This document shows, piece after piece, positions 1-11,780 of a stretch of DNA of 64,000 nt (positions within the stretch are counted from its first letter, which is position 1; every line of letters begins with the position of its first letter). Location of the stretch: assembly GCA_951406725.2 (NCBI GenBank), contig OX597823.1, positions 38,564,001-38,628,000 on the forward strand, given 5' to 3'. Position numbers and translations under genes: made by a program. The notes under the pieces are model-generated. The model was given only the letters and a program-made list of their open reading frames with translations. It did no database searches and was not told where the DNA came from. This DNA is from Octopus vulgaris. Lineage: Eukaryota.

Positions 1-668
1 TTGTAGTTCTCATTTTTATTACAGTATACTACATTATTATTAAAGATTTCCTCATTAGATGACAAATAGGAAACGTGTTTCAAAATGTTATCAACCAGAT
101 TTCTTGTGAAAGCTTTAGGATGGTTATTGTGAAAGTTAATGTTTTTAAAACTACTATTTGGTTTATAATAAGAACTATATAGGCCAATAACAAGATTTAG
201 GTTTACATCTAGGTAATTAACTGAATCATGTTCATTTTCTATAGAGATAGATAAACCAAATCTTTTGAAAAAACTATGGAACTTTTTCATATATAGGTTT
301 ATTTTTCTATTGGATATACTGTTTATCAAAAATAGGGCATCAACTGTATAGAGACCACCTTTAATTTCTGGGAATTCATTGTGGAAATGATATAGTATGT
401 AAATACCTACTAAATCAGTAACTTTGGCTGAATCAGCCGAACCTATTGTTCTGTCAAAATAATCGGTAATATTTTTTTCTGGCCCAGTACTTGTTATTGA
501 ATACAATGATAGACTTCCTAGCTTCCAAAATAACTTTAATTTCTCTTAAAATTAAGTAAAAAATTTTCTTAGCAAAAATATGTGCACTATTTAGTACAAA
601 TGGATTAATTCTGCACTATTTAGTGCACTACTTAGATTAAGTGCACTATTTAGTACAATTGGATTAAC
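1..668 (-). mobile_element. Penelope-like retroelement reverse transcriptase fragment (degenerate)
   Basis: Minus strand reads IKVILEARKSIIVFNNKYW / FDRTIGSADSAKVTDLVGIYIL…GGLYTVDAL…FGLSISIE…VNYLDVNLNL…YKPN…NNHP. This matches the PLE RT pattern FDxTMGSxDGAExxxLVG…GLYRDDGL…FLDV…KPN…SNHP; the catalytic DD is lost. Confidence 0.8.
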
Positions 669-733
669 CACAACGCATATGGCATGGTAGTTAAGAGTGC
701 AGACTACTAACCCCATATATATATATGTATATA

Positions 734-2953
734 CTAGCTGGTGTACCCGGTAATTCCCAGGAGTAAAGATGTTCTATTGAAATACCTTATTACTCTGATA
801 TAAGAAAGCCATTTTGTTATAACTGCCACAAAAGGTGTATTTTCCATCACAAAAAGTACAAAAACTGTCAGCTGGAGGAGGGAGAGATTGCTGGAGGTTG
901 GTGAGACAGGTTTTCCGATGTTGGTGAAAAAGATTGTCCAAGGTTGGTGAGAGAGGTTGTTGGAAGTTGGCGAGAGAGGTTGTCGAAGGTTGGCAAGAGA
1001 GGTCATCAAAAGTTGTCTAGAGGGGTTGTTGGAGATTATTGAGAGAGGTTTTTGGAGATTGCTGAGAGAGATTGTCAGACGTTGAGAGGTTTTCGGAGGT
1101 TGGCAAGAGAGGTGGTTGTAGATTGGCAAGGGAGGTTGTTGGAGGGAGAGGCATCTTTGTTCCAAAATTTCAGTCTTTCAAGGATTTGTGATACACAATG
1201 CTTTTGGTTTTGCTGTTGGGTGCATAGATGAATAAATTTTCCAGATTTCCAACTCTAGAGCATCTGACATAGAGCTGTCTGTGAGAAAAAGCAGCTCCTG
1301 CAAGATTAACGCCTATCACTTTCAATGTCTGACCCTGTACTTTGTTGATGCTCATTGCAAAGCATAATCTCAGTGGGAATTGTAGCATTTTGAAATCAAT
1401 TTGTGTGTTGGGAGGAATCAGAGGAATCTTTGGAATGAAAACATCTTTACCACTTGCTTTCCCAGTCAGTATTGTTACTTTCAACACTGTCTGCATCAAG
1501 TTTTTGATAAGTCTTGTGCCATTGCATAATTTTGGAGGATTGAGGTTTCTTAAAAGCATAACTGGGGCTCCAACCATCAGATGCAATTTATGCGGTGGTA
1601 GACCTGAAGGTGCAAGGCTATTGAGGAATTCAATGGGGTAATGAACTGCATCATTGGTGTGGAGCACAGTATCAATTGAGTTGTATGTTCAATGTCAGAG
1701 TTATGGGCATTCATAGTGTAATGAAATTTAATTGAAAACCCTGCATGCATTGGCAGCATTTAGTTATTTGAAGATGGTGGAAAAATGTCTATTAATGAAA
1801 TGTGTAAATTAATTACAGCAATATGTATATAATTGTTTAGATATTGAAGTAGACTAGATGAAGAATAATTGTTTTATTTCGTAAATATGAAACATAATGA
1901 ATCAGAGACTTACTTGAGATCGCCATTGTTGCATTAGAGCAGCTAGTGAAGTAGAAGCACCCAATTGTATTCTGACCTGTAGCATTTTAAAGGTGAACTT
2001 TATGAAGGCTAATGTATTAAAGGTAATATATGTATAGAAATATATAGTATATATGTATTGAAATATATGAATGAAGTGTTAGAAGAAAGTGCAATAATAA
2101 CGTTCACGCTCACTGGTGGTCGCTGTCAGTAACTGCATTTAGCTTATGGAGCTCTTGTTTTTATAACTATCGAAAAGCAGCCAGAAGGATAGACATATTG
2201 TTGAGAACAAATGATTTTGTTAGAGGTCTGTTATCTCCATTCGAGCCCCTGGTGGCCTAGAAGAGGGTAGAAGTGGCAAAGACATTATTCTGCTTAGCAG
2301 AAGCGTCTGGAAAATGTGCAACTGCTGTCATTCATAGAAAAACTATTGTTTTATCATGAGAAAAGTGCTGTTGAAGTGTTAAGTGAAATTTGGCAATTAA
2401 GGATTGAATACACACTACTCCTGCATGAAGCCACTACAAATACGTTGTGGAAAAAAATTTATCTATTGTCATGGAGAAAGTATAACTGTAAAAATGCAGA
2501 ATTATCATCATAATGAGCATTTAAAAAAGTATGTATGTATAGAAGTATATGAATGAATAGATTCAAATTAAGGAAGTGCAATAATAATGTTTAGCAGTTC
2601 AAAACTGTGAGTAGTGAAATGCAGAATTAGGTCGGCTGATTGTTGGTTCAAAGTAATCGAGCATAAACAATAAAATGGGTTATTTCCCTTCAGTATTTAA
2701 AAAAATATTGCGTATGTGGTATGACTTATTTCCCTTGGGTGTTTAAAAATAAATTAGTTATATAAGGTAGATATAAAGGTCCCTTCCAGGGACCACATTG
2801 TCGATTTTTTTCAGCAATCTAAGTATGTCACGAGGTTTCCAGACACGAGTTCTACTTACTTTTCAACTTGCATCAAAATCAATGAAACGATGTAGGAGGA
2901 GTTAGCTAACAACGTCACAAACAAACACACACCGATTTTCCACATATTTAAGA
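734..2953 (-). mobile_element. Helitron, internally deleted, with PIF1-like helicase C-terminus
   Basis: On the minus strand: 5' TC (2953), 3' hairpin cctgggaattaccggg then CTAG (737-734), inserted between A and T. ORF 1170-1667 has [17 protein letters not shown]…[15 protein letters not shown]…[19 protein letters not shown]. Confidence 0.9.
870..1150. repeat. Degenerate minisatellite of about 22 bp (gagaggttgttggaggttggca) inside the Helitron
   Basis: About 12 diverged tandem units are visible. Confidence 0.8.
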
Positions 2954-3863
2954 TCTTTAAATTGTAAATTTTAATATTTTATAAGTCTTTGGTGTAATAA
3001 TATTTTCCTTATGTAAATATCGTTGTTTATGTAATGATCTAATTATCGTAATTTTCTATATTATTAGATATTAAATTTAAGTTTATTCGTAAGATATTAC
3101 TTAGCAATAAATTTGTTGTTTGATAGCAAGTATACGTGGTGTCTAAAGTTAGGCTTTTGTATATACATGTATTAATAGTATTAATTGTAGTTTTAAATTT
3201 CTTATAATTAGAATTAGATAAACTTTGATAAACTTAGATATGTTTCGACTAAAGATTGGTCCAGGCCATGTCTAACTTAATAGCATAACTTAGTTATTGT
3301 CTTTTTAAATTGATATTCGCTAGTTATTCCCATTGATAATTATATTTATAGTATTTATAGTATTTATTCAATACTATATAACTACGAATTGATTATTTCT
3401 ATAAGTATTTTAAATAAGATTTCCGAAATTCGTTTAAGTTTGTTTGTTTGTATTTTTGAAATTAGCTATTTCATCTTTAAATATGAAAAATTAATTTATT
3501 AGGTTTTTATTATATGTGCATATATATTTATTTATAGAGATTATTTTAGATCTTAAAATGTTAAAATATTTAAAATATTTATATACATTTTATATTTTCA
3601 TTGATAATTTATATATAATAGTAATTTTTTTTTATATTTATGTAATTAGATATAGACTATTACCGATATTAGATTATTGGTGGGTTTCTTACCTTATCAA
3701 TTAAAATTAATATTTAACATTATAATCGATTTTGATATAATCATAATTGTTAAGTTTTAAGTTTCTAGTTTGATAATAGAGTTTATTATAAGTAAAATTA
3801 TTATATTATTTATATCTTAAAAATATTGTTTAAATATTTCTGATTATTTTAAAAATATTTCAA

Positions 3864-3960
3864 TTAACCTGAAGATTAACTGTAACCATAACTCGAATTA
3901 TTAATTGAATTTAAATTATTGTTATTCGAATTGGTACAGCCATGAAACGATCGTAGTGTT
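3864..3960 (+). ncRNA. Degenerate type I hammerhead ribozyme motif (PLE type)
   Basis: CTGAAGA (3869-3875), long stem II (ctgtaacca/tggtacag, tcgaat/attcga), GAAAC-GATC-GTA (3944-3955); stem I is weak. Confidence 0.55.
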
Positions 3961-4272
3961 TTACTCTTTATCTTTTATTAAACTTTTAATACTTTTGATA
4001 TTTATTTTTTTAAAAATAAAAAAAATAAAAGAATAAAAAATAAAAAAATTAGTTAATTAATTAATAAATAAAATAATATATAAATATAAAAAATATACAT
4101 ATACACATATATATATATTTGTATATATATATAAAATTTATAAGTTTAAATTATTTAAATAATTTTTAATTTCTAACTTTTATATTTTAAAATTAATTTT
4201 ATGTATTGGCTTATGTTTTTCACTGTATGATTTGCCTAACAGTGGTTTTATCTCTAATTTAATATAATATAT

Positions 4273-4318
<46 letters not shown>

Positions 4319-4444
4319 TCATATATATATATAAATAGATAAATAGATACACATACATATCTCACATATATGTATATACATATATATATCATCATCATCG
4401 TTTAACATCCACTCTTCATGCTGGCATGGGTTGGACGGTTTGAC

Positions 4445-4483
<39 letters not shown>

Positions 4484-4555
4484 TACCAGAGTAAGCACAT
4501 AAATGTGAAACAAGATGAAAAAGTAGTACTCAAATACCAGAGGCAAAGTAATATT

Positions 4556-4607
<52 letters not shown>

Positions 4608-5090
4608 TGTGGCTGTGTGGTAAGGCGCAGGTGTGGCTGTGTGTTAAGAGAGAGAAAGAGAGAGAGAGAGCTAACATTATTTGCTGGAATACTAATATAG
4701 TGTAGGTTAGCAAGAGAGAAATATATGGATTCATATATGTATGCAAAATCTTCATGGAACCTAAATGCACTGTAAAACCAAATGCATTTGGCTATCCCTC
4801 TGTACATCTATTTATTTATGTCTTCCAGTTTTGAAAGCTTTAGTTAAAAATTCTTTTTACTATCATCTAAAAGAATATTCAATACTAATGTATTTTTATG
4901 TTGTTCATTGGGGTAAAAGTCCAGTTTATCTCACATAGAAATATTCTTAAAAAAAGATAAAGAAAATATAAACTTTTTCCGTTTTTTATCTTTGTAACAA
5001 CATTGAAAATTATTATGGTAATTATTTTCAAATATTTTTTATCTTATGAGACCGTCTTTTTAAATGTTAAGTCTTTTCTCTCAATTGTAG

Positions 5091-5210
5091 TTACTTCGAC
5101 AAAATGCTGATCTTCGGGCACGGTTATCTCGTATTCATACTGATTCTTCAGTTCCTGACTACAATACTGGAATGGTTTCTAATTCACCTTTACCGTCCCC
5201 AGCAGATAAA
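5091..5210 (+). CDS. OSBPL6: ORP exon: [40 protein letters not shown]
   Basis: ttgtag acceptor, gtaaga donor, 120 nt, phase 0/0; resembles the ORP3/6 QNxxLRxRLxRIH segment. Confidence 0.85.
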
Positions 5211-8200
5211 GTAAGAAAGCTTTTTGTATTTTGTATTTTACAAGTGTTTGAGTTGTAAATGTTCCAAAACCAATGGCATTATTTTATTGATGTTGTTACC
5301 TTAGTTAAATGGTTGAATATCTCAGAAGGCTCTGTGGTTTCCTGTCAAACTATACAGTTGCTAAAAAATGAAATACATTTGTAATAGGAAATATAGCCAT
5401 AAACTGAACTGCAATTTCTATTATTTATTATTGCTCTTCTCTAATTTTAAACATTTTTGGCTGTATCTATTCTAGAATGTCACCATTGCTATTATATTTG
5501 TTTTGCAGAGATATTTAACAGAGGAGGGAAATTTGTAGGTACAGCCCATTGCTGTACTTCATAAGATATAATTAAATATTGTTACTTCATGTGATACTGT
5601 TCTCATCAATTTATCACACAAATTTTCTAAGTCTACTTCATGTAAATTTCTTGTATTTTGATTTATGTTGACTTTTACATTTTACCCTATTACAATACCA
5701 GATCCTTATCAGGATCTAATATTTAGAATGGTAGGCTAGAGGTAGGTGTTGTTCGGGAGGAAGGAATTATTTAAGCATGATGTGTTGTGAATTGATGCTG
5801 TTTCAAAATTGAACAAATAAAGAGCTCACACTTTGCTCCAGTCATCATATATCACTTGGTAAGCCACATTATTTGGCTTGTTTCAGATAAAGTTATCACA
5901 CTGAAGAGATGGCCTCATTTGGTCAATATATCTCTCACTGGCCAACCCAATTCTACAACTTTGTAACAGTTTCCCAATTCTACAACTTTGTAATACTACA
6001 ACTTTGTAACAGTGGCAACATTATAAAAACAATTAATGTTTTTGTTCTTTTAGCTCATATATATATATATATCATCATCATCATCATCATCGTTTAACGT
6101 CCGCTTTCCATGCTAGCATGGGTTGGACGGTTCAACTGGGGTCTGGGGAGCCCGAAGGCTGCACCAGGCCAGTCAGATCTGGCAGTGTTTCTACAGCTGG
6201 ATGCCCTTCCTAACGCCAACCACTCCGAGAGTGTAGTGGGTGATTTTATGTGCCACTGACACAGGTGCCAGACGAGGCTGGCGAACGGCCATGCTCGGAT
6301 GGTGTTTTTTATGTGCCACCGACACAAGTGACAGACGAGGCTGGCAGACGGCCACGCTTGGATGGTGTTCACCGACACAGGTGCCAGACGAGGCTGGCGA
6401 ATGGCCACGATCAGATGGTGTTTGTTATGTGCCCACAGCACGGAGGCCAGTCGATGCGGTACTGGCTACGGCCACGTTTGGATGGTTTTCTTATGTGCCA
6501 CCGGCACTGGTACCACAAAGATACAAATTCCATTGATGTTCATCTATTTTGATTTGGTTTGATTTGATTTTCACTTGCCTCAACAGGTCTTCACAAGTGT
6601 CACAAGAAGGAAGGTATACACAGGTGGACTGACTACGTCCCAGGTAGGGCCACGGGTTATGGCTTCACTAGTCTTGCCAGGTCTTCTCACGCACAGCATA
6701 CTTCCATAGGTCTCAGTCTCTAGTCATTTCCTTGGTGAGACCTAAAGTTCGAAGGTCATGCTTCACCACCTCGTCCCAGGTTTTCCTGGGTCTACCTCTT
6801 CCACAGGTTCCCTCAACTGCTAGGGTGTAGCACTTTTGCACACAACTATCTTCAGCCATTCTCGTCACATGACCATACCAGTGCAGCCGTCTCTCTTGCA
6901 CACCACAACTGATGCTTCTTAGGTTCAACTTTTCTCTCAAGGTACTTACACTCTGTCAATTATGAACACTGACATTACACATCCATCGGAGCATACTGGC
7001 TTCATTTCTTGTGAGCTTACGCATATCCTCAGCCGTCACGGCCCATGTTTCACTACCATGTAGCATGGCTGTACGTACACATGTATCATACAGTCTGCCT
7101 TTTACTCTAAGCGAGAGGCCTTTTGTCACCAGCAGGGGTAAGAGCTCTCTAAACTTTGCCCAGGCTATTCAGAGTTTCAAAAATGAGGTGCAAATTTATT
7201 TGGGTAAGCATTAGCACAACAAAAATGCTTTCCATGCATGGATAAGTAGCCATTAACCCCTTAATGGATCAATTATTTCGACATGGCATTTCATTTCAGA
7301 GCATATTTTTATTTCCTTTTTTAATTATATACACTGTGTTAATTATAAAAAAAAATTTTTATCTTGTTTCCTTTATTTTTTATTATAGAAATTAAAATGT
7401 ACTTTTACTCATTTGGATTTAAACGATTAACTCGGACATTAAAAACATACATATAACTTAACTATCTTTGATTTGTTATAAGATGTATTGCCTTTAAATC
7501 AAAGGAAATTTTTTTAAAAAATGAGATAATCAGTTTATTTAGAATGATAATTTTTAAAACAAGGAGTTACACACAAAGTTATCTTGCAGACATCACACAT
7601 TTATCTGCTTTCTCTTCGAATCTTCTTTCCTTCAGCATCTCTCTTCTCTGTGCATTTTGCACACTGTCTTGTAGGGTTCTTTTTCTTATCACTTGGTGGT
7701 ATTTCCATAGGAAATTGACCAGCTGGGACAAATATTGTTTGATGTGGGATCGATGATGGTCTTCCTGGTTTTGTGGGAGGCAATAAGGGCCTATATTTTT
7801 CAATAATCTTGGTGATTATTTGCATTCTAAATTTCAGCAGTTTCATAGCAGAAGCTGAAGTTCCCAAAGATGCTTTATACAAAACATAAGCATTCCAGAT
7901 AGCCAAATCCATCAAATGAAAAAATACTTATTTTTTTTTAAACAATGCGAGTAAATTCATGATTGCTAAAAAATGAAGTGACACAAAACAAATAAACTTG
8001 AGTGCTAAAATTAAAAGTTAATTTTGACCGAGTATACTCGTCTGGTTCTAAAAAGATACATTTGCGATGCATGAGTAAACTCAGGATAATCCATTAAGGG
8101 GTTAAAACTCTATATATACACTTATGTATGTATAAAGTCTATGTAACATTTTCAGAGGTAATTTTCAAATATTTAAAATTGTGAAGTATCACCTACTTAT

Positions 8201-11200
8201 TCTCCTGATTTCAAACAATGTGTATTTTTACTAACATTACATGTCATTATTTGCAGCTAATTTGTTTTCTTTTTCTGTTTCTGTTAGGAGGGCACTGAAC
8301 ATAATACGCTTACACAATCTTTCTCAGCTGAAAGCTGCTCAATGTCAGAATATTACGATGCTCCTGAAGCACTGGAATCCCAAAGTGACACTACATCTGA
8401 AGTAAGTTGGTTTTTAACTATTTTTTTATCAATCTGATATCAATGATACCTTATTTTACTGGTCATGATTCTGTGTAGTTTAACCTTATTGGATTTACCT
8501 TCATTATTCCTTCCTGTGTCTCCATCTTCTGTAAGTTCCTTGATCACTTGGTATTTCTTTGCCCAACACTCATCCTCTGTATGAGCACATGTCCATCCCA
8601 GCAGAGTTTCCTCTCTTGTACACTACAACTGATTCCAATTACATCCAGTTTTTTTTCTTTTTTTTTAGCTTCTCCCAGTTCATTTGTACTCCATTGTTCA
8701 TGCTCACTAACATTACACATCCAGCAGAATATGCCTTTCAAGATTTTGCTCACTCTCTATATTTAATGTCCATTTTTTGATATGATGCAACATCCACTAC
8801 ATATGCAAACATGATAAAATCTGCTCTCAACTTAGAGAACTTTTTCCACTCTCTTCTTTTGGTTAACATGGTTTCAGAATACCCACCTTCACTGCTAATT
8901 TAGTCTCCTAGGTAACAGAAATAATCACCTACTTCTGAGGACCCTTATAAACATTTGGAGAAATTAATTTTATGGGTCCTCTTACATCACTAGCTAGTCT
9001 TATGCATCTTCTACACTCAAAGTCCTTGTCTATTAGTTTGCTTGTGATCCTGCTGTTCCTTTTGTGCACCCATAAGTTACATGGACATACCTATTGTGCA
9101 TATTGAGCAGGGTCACTTCCAGAATGCATTCTTCTCTCTTGCTGTCAAAAGCACCCATAAGTTACATGAACATACCTATTGTGCATATTGAGCAGGGTCA
9201 CTTCAGAATGCATTCTTCTCTCTTGCTGTCAAAAGCTTTTGTCTTTATTTTAAGGTCCTGTGATTCTATGCTTTGCTTCCATGTTTGAAATTTCTCTTTT
9301 AATTCTTCAACACACTCATCATCATCATCATCAGTTATGAGAATTAGGTCTTCATCATACAGAAGTTTCCACTGCTATCTCCTGGATACCTATCAATGAT
9401 GAACAGAAGGGATTAAAACAGCAGTCCTGACAAACACCTGTTTGAATACTAAATTCCTGATCAAACTCATAGCTAACTCTCACTTTACTAATAGCATCTC
9501 TGTACACAACTGCCTTGGCTCTCACAAGCTTTTCATCCACTCCTAACTTTCTTAGTGCTTGCCTGACTACAATGTGGAACTCTGTCAGGGGTATTCTATT
9601 GGTGAACAAATGCTAGATCAAAATTCTTTGTTGAGTTACCAATCAGCTTTATGAAAATCCCAATAGAGATTGTTGTCCACCTTCTCCAGCACTGTTATGA
9701 ACACCTAGAATGTTTAAAACCTTCAAAAATATTTGAACAACATGGACAAAATAACTCACAACATGCCTTGAATGCTGTGCTGTGTTTCCCTCTCATAAAG
9801 ATTGCAAAACAGTACTAAACCAGATAAAAGCATGACAGATATAAGTCATAAGGCTAACAGGTTTAAACAGTTTTTGCTTACTTTCATATCAAGACTGCTC
9901 ATGTAGAACTGATCATGGCTTTTCTGTAATAACAGTTCAATATTACTTATGTTGTCATCATCATTGCTGTTATTACCAACATCATTATTGCTCCTACCAA
10001 CACCACCACCACCATCTTCATTTTCATTGTTTCCATCATTATTGGCTTTATCATCAACACTGTCATTTCTGTCATCATTGTCAACATCATCATTTTGACT
10101 AACATTAAGGACTTCCAATATGATAATTCAAAAGGGAAGCTTTTCACTCATGTTTAAGAGAAATTATTTGAGCTAAATACACCAACATTGTTGTAGAATT
10201 AGTTCAGAATATTTGCAAAGATATACAGTTATTTCTTAGAGATCCTCTCTGTAAGTCACAAATAACTCTACTTCAAGCTTCCTAGCTGATAATAACAGCC
10301 AAAAATAACTGCCACTTCTACCTAGTGACCAGTCACAACAAAAGGACATTTTACAGTTATCCACGTGTAAATAGCTAAACTTCACAAATGTATTTGTACT
10401 TTTACTTACGTAGCAAGAGTATAAACGACTAAGATTTGATTTTAATCTTTTACTCTTTGATTATGTTTTCTACTCTTACTAATTACTATTACTAATAATA
10501 ATAATAATAATAATTCTTTGTTACACTACTGCCTCCTTACTCAATTAGGACTGTTAATACTATGTACTTATTAATGGTGTTCTGATAATAATTTCAATGT
10601 TAGTCACCTGTAAATTAACCGTTCAAATTTTATTTCGGAGTGAATCTATCCAAGCCAAGCTAACATAGAAGTTAGTTTCCAGTTGACTTTCATTTTCATT
10701 AAGATTTATCTTAGAATAATAAAAAAGAGTTGGTTCTTATTTCACAGGTACACAGAATCTGTAGAATGATAATTCTCTACAATAGAAAAAAAATTATCAA
10801 AATTTGATAAGTTAGTCATAGAAAAAGCAGTAGTCTAGAACTGTATCTGCTTGTTAATTGTGAATACAGTAAGGTTGCATGTATGCATATATATATGTAT
10901 GCATATATATATGTATGCATATGTATGCATATATATATATATATGTATGCATATATATATGCATGCAAGTGAGTGTGCGTATATGTGAAGTACCACAAAA
11001 AAACACCTGGAACATACTGCAGTCCTCTGACTCATGGGTCCTATTAAAAAACAACATATTAAAGGCCAATGGCGATGTATATATATGTGAAGATATTGAG
11101 ATTATATGTCTATCATTTTTAGGTATTTTTGATGGCTTTAATTCCTACTCATACCTTTAAACACATTAATGGTTGTTTTATTCATTATCACTTATCAGCC

Positions 11201-11734
11201 TAAATGAATCAATGATACAAATACTAGATCAGTTAAAAAACAATTCTCTATAGGAATACCAGACTATTAAATGGTTGATATAATGATTGATTGGGTCAGA
11301 ACCAATTGAAATGGTATCTTTCTAGAATTGTTTTGTTGTCATCACTTAAATTTGTCATAGAATTTCAGGTGAGTTAAGTATCTTGTTCCAACATCTATTT
11401 TAATAACTTCACTAGGATACTAGCTTAAAATTGAAGAACCAATAGTGGGAACTATGCTACCTTATTGAGTACAAAGCAGCCAATACTGATTGGTCAAAAC
11501 ATGTTCATGTAGGTGTTCATACCTTTTATGACAATACAATTCATTTCTCAAAGCTGAGAACTATAGTCAAGCCATGCTTTTACACTGGGAATCTCAGATG
11601 GTGAGAGGGTTAAAAAACTAGGGAGAAGTCTTGTTGCAGAACAAATAAACTAACAGACTTCATTTAAAGAGCACCTGTTTTCCAGTTTCCTTACCAGACT
11701 TCACATTCTTCACCTATATTTATTGAAAAGACTC

Positions 11735-11780
<46 letters not shown>

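Noticed and set aside
734-1165. 143-aa repetitive ORF
   Set aside because: Translation of the Helitron's 22-bp minisatellite.
1170-1667. Host PIF1 helicase gene
   Set aside because: It is only a C-terminal fragment inside Helitron termini (TC…hairpin-CTAG).
9846-10147. Asp/Asn-rich and Met-rich ORFs
   Set aside because: Degenerate (CAT)n trinucleotide repeat; no splice or homology support.
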